Source: Pseudomonadota bacterium
Lineage (GTDB): Bacteria > Myxococcota_A > Polyangia > JAAYKL01
Assembly: GCA_023229365.1 (NCBI GenBank)
Contig: JALNZK010000002.1
Coordinates: 190,343-254,342 of the forward strand
DNA length: 64,000 bases
Direction: 5' to 3'
In this document: positions 1 to 8,952 of the stretch, one piece after another
Numbering within the stretch: position 1 is the first letter of the stretch
Layout: each line of letters opens with the position of its first letter
The notes under the pieces: generated by a model
The model's database searches: none
The model's input: only the letters and a program-made list of their open reading frames with translations
Told to the model about the DNA's origin: nothing
Made by a program: the position numbers and the translations under genes

Positions 1-369
1 GCCGAATTCTTCAATCGTTGGCGGATAATGTGTAACCATTTGACTGGAGTCTAAATGTCCGCATGATTCAGCGAATTCAGCATTTCCTGCACGCTCTGCA
101 TCTTCGTAAATGCCAATTCCGCCTAAGCGTTGAACACCACCTAAGCAACAAAAACCCACAAGAGATTTGGCCGCTGCTTCTGGTCCGTAGACTTCAATGA
201 TTTTCCCGCCAGGAATACCACCAGTAATAAATTTGCCAGAACAAATATAATTTAATGCAAAGTTGCCTGTATCGATGTAATAATTGACTTTGCCGGAATC
301 TTTGAACACTTCGCCACCTGTTGCGGTAGCTAACATACTAAAAAAATCTTCTGCTTTCTTTTTTGCCAT
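1..369 (-). CDS. uvsX: UvsX/RecA-family recombinase, N-terminal part (gene continues past window start)
   Basis: Minus-strand translation from the ATG at 369 gives MAKKKAEDFF...GGIPGGKIIEVYGPEAAAKSLVGF. This is a RecA-fold P-loop region with the non-canonical Walker A seen in T4 UvsX. The ORF runs off the window edge. Confidence 0.55.
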   Translation of the reverse strand, partial: MAKKKAEDFFSMLATATGGEVFKDSGKVNYYIDTGNFALNYICSGKFITGGIPGGKIIEVYGPEAAAKSLVGFCCLGGVQRLGGIGIYEDAERAGNAEFAESCGHLDSSQMVTHYPPTIEEFG

Positions 370-468
370 AATTTTTACCTTTATATATATTTTCAGACTA
401 AGCTGATATGAATAATGAAAAATAGCTCAAGCATCATTCGTTGATGCTTGAGCTATAAAGATTACCGA

Positions 469-1377
469 TTAGAGGTTTTCCAAACCAGCAGCAAATTCGT
501 CGTCAGCAAGCTGTTGATCGCCGCCACCGACAGTTACAGGCATCTCAGGCTCTTCAGTCGTTACAGTTGGTTTGGCAACGGCTGTAGTTCCTACAGTAGT
601 GGTTGCGGTTGCATTAGCAAATTCTCTAACGTCGAAACCAACCGAATTGTCCTTTTCCATTCCGAAATGGACTCTCAAATTGAAAAGCAACTCTTCGTAA
701 GGCAATAGCTTACGCAAATCACAGAGATTGTGCAACGATGCAGCCCATTTTGCAACCTCTTCAGGAGTTCCTGCCACGGATGGTTCCTCGAATTTGCTCT
801 TCACATAATCCGGGTATTCTCCGTCCGGTCCCTTTTTGATGTTTTTGACCACACGGAAATCCATGCCATTTTGTGGGTCTGTAACATCGCATGATTCTGA
901 GAGTTTCTCAATGATGATCTCATGTAATGTCTTGCCACAACCAAAAATCTTGGGGCCAACATTGGTGAGCATCGCACCAGTTTCTTGATCTTGCTCTTGT
1001 CGAACGATTACGTTGTAGTAATAGCGTTCAATAGGCTTAATCGCACGGGCAACAGCTTTGTCATGCTCTTGCTCTTCGGGTGACTTGTTTTTCAAAGTCT
1101 TCCAAAGTAGTGAGTAATACTCACAAATTGGGCAAGGACCACGCCAATAACCATCATCACCCAATTCTCTCGGGCAATGAATGTTTTTGCCGTTTATCAT
1201 GTGAATGCGTGTGCGAACGAAAACGCCACCGCTGACTGCATTGAATTTGGGGTTAGACAACAGTCTCAAGACTAGAACCCCTTTACCATCGGGCATTTTT
1301 ACCAGATTTTGCCCAAATCCACCACCACTCGCAAGCCTCCCTGCCTCTTTCTTGATTCCTGAAAAATCCATAGCCAT
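469..1377 (-). CDS. gp32-like single-stranded DNA-binding protein
   Basis: 302 aa. Has a Zn-binding H/C cluster (HCPRELGDDGYWRGPCPIC) and an acidic C-terminal tail, with overall T4 gp32 architecture. Sits next to uvsX. Confidence 0.55.
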   Translation of the reverse strand: MAMDFSGIKKEAGRLASGGGFGQNLVKMPDGKGVLVLRLLSNPKFNAVSGGVFVRTRIHMINGKNIHCPRELGDDGYWRGPCPICEYYSLLWKTLKNKSPEEQEHDKAVARAIKPIERYYYNVIVRQEQDQETGAMLTNVGPKIFGCGKTLHEIIIEKLSESCDVTDPQNGMDFRVVKNIKKGPDGEYPDYVKSKFEEPSVAGTPEEVAKWAASLHNLCDLRKLLPYEELLFNLRVHFGMEKDNSVGFDVREFANATATTTVGTTAVAKPTVTTEEPEMPVTVGGGDQQLADDEFAAGLENL

Positions 1378-1387
1378 AGTTACACCT

Positions 1388-1432
1388 CGTTAAAAAAGTT
1401 AAAAAAGTTAAAAAAGTTAGAAAGTAAAAAGT
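1388..1432 (-). promoter_or_regulatory. (AACTTTTTT)n tandem repeat in the 5' leader of the gp32-like gene; candidate translational operator or promoter region
   Basis: gttaaaaaa repeated 3 times, then degenerate copies, immediately upstream of the start at 1377. Unstructured and AT-rich, like the T4 gene 32 autoregulatory operator. Confidence 0.35.
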
Positions 1433-1510
1433 TACAACGTAGTAAAGTTTTAATCGTTCTTCCTTATATATGAGTTATACGATAAATAATTCATAAAGTC
1501 AATACAATTT

Positions 1511-1987
1511 TTACAAATTATTTTCATCTTTTTTTGGGGCTATATTTATGTCCACCTGATTATATTCATCTTCTATTTGAATCCCATTCATAGCCTCAAG
1601 TGTTTGTTTTGTTTTCTCAATTAATGACATGCCCCCCGCTGCTTTTGTGGCTTTCTCTCCCATCGCTTGAATTTTATCCACCAATGTTAAATGTCCATCT
1701 GCCTCTAGGTCGGCATTGGTTTTCGATCTCCTCTCTTGCTCTTTTTTGTATTCTTCTTCTAGCTTGTGAAGAATTTCCATATTATGGGCCAAAGCCTTTT
1801 GTTTCCTTAATTGTTCTTTATATGGATTTATGATAGGCATAATTTTTTCGACAGACCCTGCTACATCTTTATCCAAGCTTTCATCATATTTCTTCTGTTT
1901 GCGTATTGCTTCTCGCCTACGCACAATCTTACCTTTGGCTTCTTTTTCTCGACGCTTCTTTTTTCGCTCTTGCAATTTTTTATTCAT
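1511..1987 (-). CDS. hypothetical Lys/Glu-rich coiled-coil protein
   Basis: 158 aa ORF, highly charged KKKRREKEAKGK N-terminus. Confidence 0.4.
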   Translation of the reverse strand: MNKKLQERKKKRREKEAKGKIVRRREAIRKQKKYDESLDKDVAGSVEKIMPIINPYKEQLRKQKALAHNMEILHKLEEEYKKEQERRSKTNADLEADGHLTLVDKIQAMGEKATKAAGGMSLIEKTKQTLEAMNGIQIEDEYNQVDINIAPKKDENNL

Positions 1988-2787
1988 TATTTTCTCCGCA
2001 AAGTTGATAAATCTGGCATATCTGTTTTAACTTGATCTCCAAACGATAATGTTGGCTCAGGTCCATCACCACCCACATAAGCCGCACGGTCCTCTATAAA
2101 TGCTCCATCCAAACGAGGCGGCACCACAAAGAATCTGTCACTTAATTCTCTTTGCACACCAGCATCGTCTGTTGTCATATACAACAACCCAAGCCTTGGG
2201 TCTATTCCTACTGGTTTTTCTTGAAGAATTGGATATCTTCTGCCCTTTGTAAACTTAAACCCTTTACTAAGCCCACCTAAAGTTCCTGGGGGTGGAACGC
2301 CGCCCTCTACAGGATCAAAAATCTCAAATCGTATTGGTCCTATTGGGGCGGGTTTGGAACCACCATTTTTACCTAATATTTGTTGTAATTTTGTTTTGTC
2401 CTTAGTGGTGATATTTTCTATTAAATCTAAAATATTAGGATTAGTATTCAGCAATCCCAACAACTTATCCTCAACATCTGATTCATCTGTGTCTTCTGTG
2501 CTGAATTTAACCGTGCCATCAAAACTAAACTTCCGTCCCTTAATCTTTATGCCATCCTCTGCCTCGATGTAATTGACTTTCTTTTTATAATATTCATAAA
2601 CTTCAACGTCAGTCACTAAAATATTGCGGCGAGCTAATTGAGCAATAATCTTTCCGGCAACGTCTTCAAGTGGCGTATCTTCAAATGGCTTGCCACACTT
2701 GATTATCTTCTCTTTAGTTTCTTCCCGATTATATTCTCCCTTTACTTCAGTTTCTTCATGATACTTTAACAAAATTTCATAACTCAT
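1987..2787 (-). CDS. hypothetical protein
   Basis: 266 aa ORF, start/stop-coupled to neighbours, no recognisable motif. Confidence 0.4.
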   Translation of the reverse strand: MSYEILLKYHEETEVKGEYNREETKEKIIKCGKPFEDTPLEDVAGKIIAQLARRNILVTDVEVYEYYKKKVNYIEAEDGIKIKGRKFSFDGTVKFSTEDTDESDVEDKLLGLLNTNPNILDLIENITTKDKTKLQQILGKNGGSKPAPIGPIRFEIFDPVEGGVPPPGTLGGLSKGFKFTKGRRYPILQEKPVGIDPRLGLLYMTTDDAGVQRELSDRFFVVPPRLDGAFIEDRAAYVGGDGPEPTLSFGDQVKTDMPDLSTLRRK

Positions 2788-2788
2788 A

Positions 2789-3385
2789 TTATTTCCTCAA
2801 CAATGCCACTCCATATCGAGTGTCCACAAATACAGGTTTTCGATTAGCTATTTTGAAGAAGTCAGGCAACACCTGCTTACAATCTCCACCATACTTAGCA
2901 TGATCTATTAGCAAAAGACCATCATATGCCAAATGATTCCAAGCTGTATCGAGAACGCTACGGTAATCATCTAAAGCATAATCATCATCATTTATTATAA
3001 CGAAATCAAATTCACCTGCCAAGTCCAAAATGTCATTTATAAAAGTAAATTTATTTTTATATACAGAAAAAATATTTCTACGACCTATTAAAAAACTATA
3101 AAACTCATCCTTGATGTGTTGATAAGCAGTGAACTCCTCGACAGTCTTACAACCCTGAAGAAAACAGCCACTAACAAACCCTAATCCAAACCCTATTTCT
3201 AAAAACCTTTTGGGCTGAATTCGTTTTCCCAAATAATAGAAAAAGGGAAAATACTTGGGATCAGACATAATTTGAGCAAATTTAGAACCTTCAGAGAGAA
3301 AGCAAAATCTGCTCATCAAAATTTTGGTAGGCAGAGTAATTGCTTTATTAATGTCTGCTTCTAATTCTTTGGCCAAATTCTCCAT
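2789..3385 (-). CDS. class I SAM-dependent methyltransferase-like protein
   Basis: LEIGFGLGFVSGCF resembles SAM-binding motif I, and an acidic motif DFVIINDDD follows. Confidence 0.4.
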   Translation of the reverse strand: MENLAKELEADINKAITLPTKILMSRFCFLSEGSKFAQIMSDPKYFPFFYYLGKRIQPKRFLEIGFGLGFVSGCFLQGCKTVEEFTAYQHIKDEFYSFLIGRRNIFSVYKNKFTFINDILDLAGEFDFVIINDDDYALDDYRSVLDTAWNHLAYDGLLLIDHAKYGGDCKQVLPDFFKIANRKPVFVDTRYGVALLRK

Positions 3386-3901
3386 ATAATCATTAGAGTT
3401 AGCTTATAAAAAAAGGCGTCCCCTAAAGTCAATAGTTAAAAACAAAGAGCCGACCCCTATCGCTCCAGTTGAAAAAATAGAACTTGGGATCGGCTCTCTT
3501 GCACGACACGCACTAACTATCAAATTAAAGGAGATATAAAAATGAACGACATAATTATCTCTCCTGCCTTGCTGAGACTTTTTTAGTCTCCCCATCCAGT
3601 CTTTAAGACCCATGTAGAATGGTTTTAGTGTTGCGATACGACATTTAACATGGTTAGCCGAAACCGCCACTTTTGAAACTGCATTTTCAAGGCACTTATA
3701 TTTATGCTTTGTCTGATAAATTTTCTGCTCGATCCTTCTTGGACTCAGCTACCAGATACTCCATAAACACATAATTTTCCATTTCATCCAATGGTAATAA
3801 ATACCAATCATCAGGCAAATAATTTTTCGTCTCTCCTGGCGTTATCTCTATTCCCTGATTATTGAGACTTTGTGTAATTACTATTGCTATATTTTCAGTA
3901 T

Positions 3902-4396
3902 TCATAAACTAGATTGTTCGTCATTGCTCCAATTCTCATCCTTCTCTGCCTTCTCATCTTTGTGGGTGGCTCGCAATATATCCATTATTCTCTCATCAAC
4001 CCCAGGATCAGCCTTAAACCGGATATCACTATTCAATTTTTCCATTTCACGTCTGATGTTGTGTCCAAAAGATATAGCATTTGCATGATTCATGTCCCAT
4101 GCTCTCAAATGACCCTTTATCTTTTTAATAGCTAATGCAAGGTCTACAACATCGGGGTTAGACCTGCATCTGGCTTCTACATATTTCTCCGTGCCGCCCT
4201 CATCCTTGTATTCAATAAATAACAAGTGATACTTTTTGTCATGCAAAGATTCCAACTCAGCTAGCTTAGCCTGCAAATAAGCACATTGCGGACCTGCTTT
4301 TTGTAGGTAGATGTTGAGATTGGATTCATTAAATGCAAACAACTTGTCATCTAAAAAAACCTCAATACCACACACACTAATTTTTTCTTCTGCCAT
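3902..4396 (-). CDS. hypothetical protein
   Basis: 164 aa ORF, coupled to the downstream gene. Confidence 0.35.
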   Translation of the reverse strand: MAEEKISVCGIEVFLDDKLFAFNESNLNIYLQKAGPQCAYLQAKLAELESLHDKKYHLLFIEYKDEGGTEKYVEARCRSNPDVVDLALAIKKIKGHLRAWDMNHANAISFGHNIRREMEKLNSDIRFKADPGVDERIMDILRATHKDEKAEKDENWSNDEQSSL

Positions 4397-4398
4397 AA

Positions 4399-5280
4399 TT
4401 ATTCCTTCTTATTGTATTTTAAATAGTAATCTAATAGAAATTCGCCACAACTTGCTCCCACCCCTTTTCCAGGCGGTTCATAATATTCTACCCTTTGACC
4501 AAACCGCTCAATAATTTCCATAAATGCCTGCACATGGGGGCTGGCTTTATTATCAATAGTAGGACGCTCATTGTATTGCAACAACTTTATGGGAATATCT
4601 CGGCCAAACAACAACTCACATAATCTACGGGCATCTTGGGGCGAATCATTCACCCCTTCAATCAAAGTGTAATGAACCTCTACTTTGCTGCCCCTAGTCA
4701 ATTTCGACATCATCTTCTGATAAAATTCCAAGGCGGCAATGGATGATTCTATTTCTAATGCCGCTGGCATCCATTCTTTACGTAATTTATTGTCCGTAAA
4801 GTGCAAAGATAGATGGATTTTTACATCTAAATGATAAAGTATGATTCCTTCAACCAAATTGAAAAACTTAAACCAATTACGTTTTGGAATAAGAGTGGCA
4901 ACAGCAAATCGACAAGGGGCATACTTCTTTTTGGCAGAAAGCATCACACTCACAACACTATCATTTTCTAATGGTTCGCCACAACCCATAAAAGAAATCA
5001 ACAACATCCGTCCACCAAGTTTTAAGTCTTGGTGAATAAATTCTATTTGCTCATTCATTTCACCCATATCCAAATAATTAACATGCACCTTGCCTTGACA
5101 ATCCGTTGTATGACAGAATTTACATCCCAGATCACAAGACGTGTGCGTAGATACACAAATGATATCTTTGCCAGTATTGTTATCAATATAAGCAACCTCA
5201 CTTATCAAACCACTTTCCAATTGAAAAACATATTTAATTGTCTTGTCAATTTTGGAATGTATTTTGTCAAGTAATTTCAT
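4399..5280 (-). CDS. radical SAM enzyme, RlmN/Cfr-like RNA methyltransferase family (short form)
   Basis: CVSTHTSCDLGCKFCHTTD (CxxxCxxC) and FMGCGEPLEN match the RlmN/Cfr motifs (GCxxxCxFCAT and FMGMGEPLxN). At 293 aa it lacks the N-terminal accessory domain. Confidence 0.55.
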   Translation of the reverse strand: MKLLDKIHSKIDKTIKYVFQLESGLISEVAYIDNNTGKDIICVSTHTSCDLGCKFCHTTDCQGKVHVNYLDMGEMNEQIEFIHQDLKLGGRMLLISFMGCGEPLENDSVVSVMLSAKKKYAPCRFAVATLIPKRNWFKFFNLVEGIILYHLDVKIHLSLHFTDNKLRKEWMPAALEIESSIAALEFYQKMMSKLTRGSKVEVHYTLIEGVNDSPQDARRLCELLFGRDIPIKLLQYNERPTIDNKASPHVQAFMEIIERFGQRVEYYEPPGKGVGASCGEFLLDYYLKYNKKE

Positions 5281-6857
5281 TCTATGGGTTCCCCAGGATC
5301 ACTTTTGAATTTTTTTTCGGCTTTTAATCTTTTCTTTTCATCAGTAATTTGTTGGAGTTGACTTCTCTTGTCTGTTGCTTTCTTTTGCAATTCTTCCAAA
5401 TGCCGAGCAGTCACTTCCTTATTAGCCGACACTTCATTAATTCTCTTATCAAATTCTGCCTTGCTGATCTCTTGCATTCCTAAAGTACGATCTCTATCCA
5501 TTTCTATCCAAAACTCAAAACGACATTCTCCAAAACGAGTTTTTACAACTGATACTCTTGCGACCTTGGCCTCATATTCTACCTTTCGCTGATTCAAACT
5601 CCACAAAGCATCTAGGGGACGTGTCTGGCCTTTAGCATCAGCCAAATTATCATCATCGATCAATTCTCCCATGTTTACCTTGCTGCGAGAATCTCCCGTA
5701 GCCTGCATGGCGGTTAACAAACATACTTTCTCTCGACTGGCAAACCCTTTTAATGCACGAATAATTAAAAATCGACTTTCATAGGTTTTCATACCGGCAA
5801 AATCTTTCATTTCGCCAATATAATCCACTATCACTAAATCAGGCACAAAACCACGCATTTGCAGTTGTTTGTAATAAGCCTGCATCGTGGCCACGTCCAT
5901 CTCACCGCTGGGAAAGTGTTTGATAACCAGTCGGCGTGGGTCTTCATAATCCTTTGTATAATTCTGTAAAGATTGGAATACGATATCCTTGTTGGGAATC
6001 AAATTCTTGATACCGATTCCGTATCGATTGCCAGGATCAGCTAATTGGGCGTCAAATCGTTCAGCAACACGACTTTCATCCAATTCGGTAGAAATATACA
6101 AAACCTTCTTGCCACGATGAATGTTGGCAACCGCCGCCTTGATTAAGCAAAGGGATTTGCCAGAACCAGAGAGCCCAATCCATGACGCTATTTCGCCTCT
6201 CTGCATTCCGCCGCCTTGCATGGCGTTATCAATGGACTCAAAGCCGGAAGTGAAAATATCACCCTCGGCAATGCTTTTAATCATCTTGTCATAACGCTGT
6301 TCATATGTTTGAAAATATTCCTCTCCAATGTCAAAATCCCGATCTACCGACAAAGCATCCTGTAGCTTGGTTTGAATGATGCTCCACTTATCCTGGTGAT
6401 TGTATTTCAATTCATCCATACAACTAAAGAACGCCGCCTTGATTGCTTGTTCTTTAGCAAAGTCTAATATTCTATCCCTTAAATAATCTCTATCTTCTAC
6501 ACCTGGAACGTAGTGTTCGTAGACATTGTTAATTTCGGCTCGCCAATGCATTTTTACATCGGCTGGCTTTTCCTTAATTCTGTCGGCTATGAATTGTTCT
6601 ATAAACAATCGCTTGGGCAGAACTTTATATTGGTCAAAATACTTAAACAACCAATTGGCGACTTCTTTGTGAACTTCATTGGTAAAATAAAAAGGCTTTA
6701 TTAAACCAAAGCTTTGGGTGAGAAACACCGCATCATTTAAAAGAAGAGAAAGAATTGTGCGTTGAAAATTCTCTTCCCACTGATATTGTACTTCAGCTTG
6801 AACATCGGGGTCATCAAACGCCCCCTCCTCATATTTGGAAACATCAATTTCAGGCAT
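5277..6857 (-). CDS. DnaB/T7-gp4-like replicative DNA helicase
   Basis: Walker A GLSGSGKSLCL (compare T7 gp4 SGSGMGKS), a RecA-like core YISTELDE, and a C-terminal coiled coil. Confidence 0.55.
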   Translation of the reverse strand: MPEIDVSKYEEGAFDDPDVQAEVQYQWEENFQRTILSLLLNDAVFLTQSFGLIKPFYFTNEVHKEVANWLFKYFDQYKVLPKRLFIEQFIADRIKEKPADVKMHWRAEINNVYEHYVPGVEDRDYLRDRILDFAKEQAIKAAFFSCMDELKYNHQDKWSIIQTKLQDALSVDRDFDIGEEYFQTYEQRYDKMIKSIAEGDIFTSGFESIDNAMQGGGMQRGEIASWIGLSGSGKSLCLIKAAVANIHRGKKVLYISTELDESRVAERFDAQLADPGNRYGIGIKNLIPNKDIVFQSLQNYTKDYEDPRRLVIKHFPSGEMDVATMQAYYKQLQMRGFVPDLVIVDYIGEMKDFAGMKTYESRFLIIRALKGFASREKVCLLTAMQATGDSRSKVNMGELIDDDNLADAKGQTRPLDALWSLNQRKVEYEAKVARVSVVKTRFGECRFEFWIEMDRDRTLGMQEISKAEFDKRINEVSANKEVTARHLEELQKKATDKRSQLQQITDEKKRLKAEKKFKSDPGEPIE

Positions 6858-7031
6858 TCTATTCTTTCAAAGCTGGTTTGAGCGTTACTAAACGATCTAT
6901 CATATGCTCATAAGTGGCTTGCGTAATTTCGCCTTCCTCAAACTCATGCTCAAAATAATTCATCAAAGCAAGCCAATCATTCCATCTCATATCATCATCA
7001 AGGATGCTGCTCTTGCATTCACTGCACCTTA

Positions 7032-7442
7032 TCATATCACACTACTCCATTTCTTTACCAGCCATTTATATGCCCCGACAATCCTTGCCCATAATATACC
7101 ACCCCGTTTACAACCTTCGGGCTGGTCATCTACCCAAAATAGCACAACATATCCAGCCTTCTCACACACGTCAATCTTCCAATGACGACCACACCAAATA
7201 ACATCGTCTACCCAAGCATTGTCCCCAATCAATCCTGCTTGTTCAAATACTTTAATATCATCGGCTGTGCCTGTTCTGCTAGTTGCTACGATAAGTTTTA
7301 AACTCAAGTCTTTAGCTAACTTAGGCAAATGGGCCGCAAATATAGATGGGGAGAGGGAAATGGTATTGTCATAATCAACCGCTATTGCGAATTTCGTGAG
7401 TAAATTCAATTCCAAATAAGGAGCATAAACATATTCAGACAT
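7032..7442 (-). CDS. HAD-superfamily phosphatase-like small protein
   Basis: AVDYDNTIS (DxDxT motif I) and VATSRTG (motif II-like). Confidence 0.3.
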   Translation of the reverse strand: MSEYVYAPYLELNLLTKFAIAVDYDNTISLSPSIFAAHLPKLAKDLSLKLIVATSRTGTADDIKVFEQAGLIGDNAWVDDVIWCGRHWKIDVCEKAGYVVLFWVDDQPEGCKRGGILWARIVGAYKWLVKKWSSVI

Positions 7443-7999
7443 TATTTTCCCCCAAGATAGTCAAACTCACTTAATGAAACCGATGCTGCTCTAATTGATT
7501 TTTCCTTTGTAATCTTTTTCCCCATCGCCTTTAAACGATTCCAAGAAATGGATTTACAATATGTTTTAAATTTGGCATCGATCTTTAAAGGGGCTTGTTT
7601 TGATGGCTGCTTCTCATCAGGCACATAAGTAGACACCAAGAGCGTCAACATTTGTTCTTGATGTGGCCCAAACTTTTGCCGACTGGCACCATGCCGAGTT
7701 TTATTATTCCATAAATTCTGAAGTTCGTCAAGAACACTCATAAGAAATCTGTCTGTAATATGCAATTTACATATTTTTAAACATTTTTCAATATATGTTT
7801 GCCTCTTAAAATATGTTCCCGCTGTTAGCAAGGAAATTTTTAAATCTTGAACAATATCTTCTTGTTCATCAGTATGATTGTTTTTGGTATTCTTAAAATA
7901 CAATTGCCAAGCCTGATAATGGCTTAATTTGCCGAAGTTATCTTCTAGCTCTTCATACTCCTGATTTGTGACCGGAAAATTTTCAAAAATATAATTCAT
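7442..7999 (-). CDS. hypothetical protein
   Basis: 185 aa ORF. Confidence 0.35.
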   Translation of the reverse strand: MNYIFENFPVTNQEYEELEDNFGKLSHYQAWQLYFKNTKNNHTDEQEDIVQDLKISLLTAGTYFKRQTYIEKCLKICKLHITDRFLMSVLDELQNLWNNKTRHGASRQKFGPHQEQMLTLLVSTYVPDEKQPSKQAPLKIDAKFKTYCKSISWNRLKAMGKKITKEKSIRAASVSLSEFDYLGGK

Positions 8000-8011
8000 A
8001 TAACCTTTCTG

Positions 8012-8233
8012 TTAAATATCATCACATATATCTTTATAGCATTCCTTGCATAACCAAACCTTACGCTTCGCCTCTGGACTGTCTGGATATATCTCGGCAG
8101 CAAATGGGTTTGGTCCATATATCATCCTATCTGCAACGTGTATTTTGTTACAAGAACCACAACAATGTGTATTCTTGCCTTTGGCAAGTTGTACTGCCTC
8201 TTTACGCTTTCTCTTCGATAATATCTTGGTCAT
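8012..8233 (-). CDS. small zinc-ribbon protein
   Basis: CCGSCNKIH...WLCKECYKDICD. Confidence 0.3.
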   Translation of the reverse strand: MTKILSKRKRKEAVQLAKGKNTHCCGSCNKIHVADRMIYGPNPFAAEIYPDSPEAKRKVWLCKECYKDICDDI

Positions 8234-8633
8234 TGCTAAGAATTTCCTTCATAGAAATGGGACAACAATACGATGAAGATTCATATGAAAACGACCAGGG
8301 AATATACTCAAAACCGTAATCTGAATCTGGTTCGTGCATCGGCGGGGGCATCTTTACATCATTAAATTTCCAATATTCCATAAGCTCATTATTACCGCCA
8401 TAGAGCCTTATTTCGGCTGACGTTACGAACGACACAACATCTTGATTAAATTCTTCGAAAACACAAAATTGCATAGTTCCACTAATGGGAACAATCTTGC
8501 CGCCATTTTCATCCCCAACTGCCATATAGGGAAACGCCGGTCGTTCTTCCGGCCTAATAATAATTTCTGGAATTATTATTTTTCCATCAGCATTCTTTCC
8601 CTCAAACATCCATCGCCATTTTCTTTTTAACAT
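8202..8633 (-). CDS. hypothetical protein
   Basis: 143 aa ORF. Confidence 0.3.
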   Translation of the reverse strand: MLKRKWRWMFEGKNADGKIIIPEIIIRPEERPAFPYMAVGDENGGKIVPISGTMQFCVFEEFNQDVVSFVTSAEIRLYGGNNELMEYWKFNDVKMPPPMHEPDSDYGFEYIPWSFSYESSSYCCPISMKEILSNDQDIIEEKA

Positions 8634-8640
8634 TTTTTCC

Positions 8641-8952
8641 TCATATCCCTGCTAGACCAACCTTGTGATCGAATCCAAGTATCACTTCAACCCTGGTTTG
8701 GATTTCTCGGATGGAATGGCCAAGTAAGTGATAACCCTTGTGTTCTAATTCGTCCTGAGTTTTCTCCCAATCCAACCTGCGTTTTTTCTCATGTGGCAGC
8801 GGCTCCACAGGAAGATCATTGTCAGCACAAATCTGTCGAACCATTTCTTCATGAAACCGTTCCCAAAAAAGATTATATTTTGCTCTCCAAACAGAATAAC
8901 GCACCTTTTGGCCACGATAAGCACAACGCTCTTTGTTCTTGACTTTCCTCAT
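8641..8952 (-). CDS. hypothetical protein
   Basis: 103 aa ORF coupled to the pol gene. Confidence 0.3.
   Translation of the reverse strand: MRKVKNKERCAYRGQKVRYSVWRAKYNLFWERFHEEMVRQICADNDLPVEPLPHEKKRRLDWEKTQDELEHKGYHLLGHSIREIQTRVEVILGFDHKVGLAGI

Noticed and set aside
3404-3670. 88-aa ORF as a real gene
   Set aside because: Low-complexity, overlaps a long inverted repeat, and has no coupling to its neighbours.
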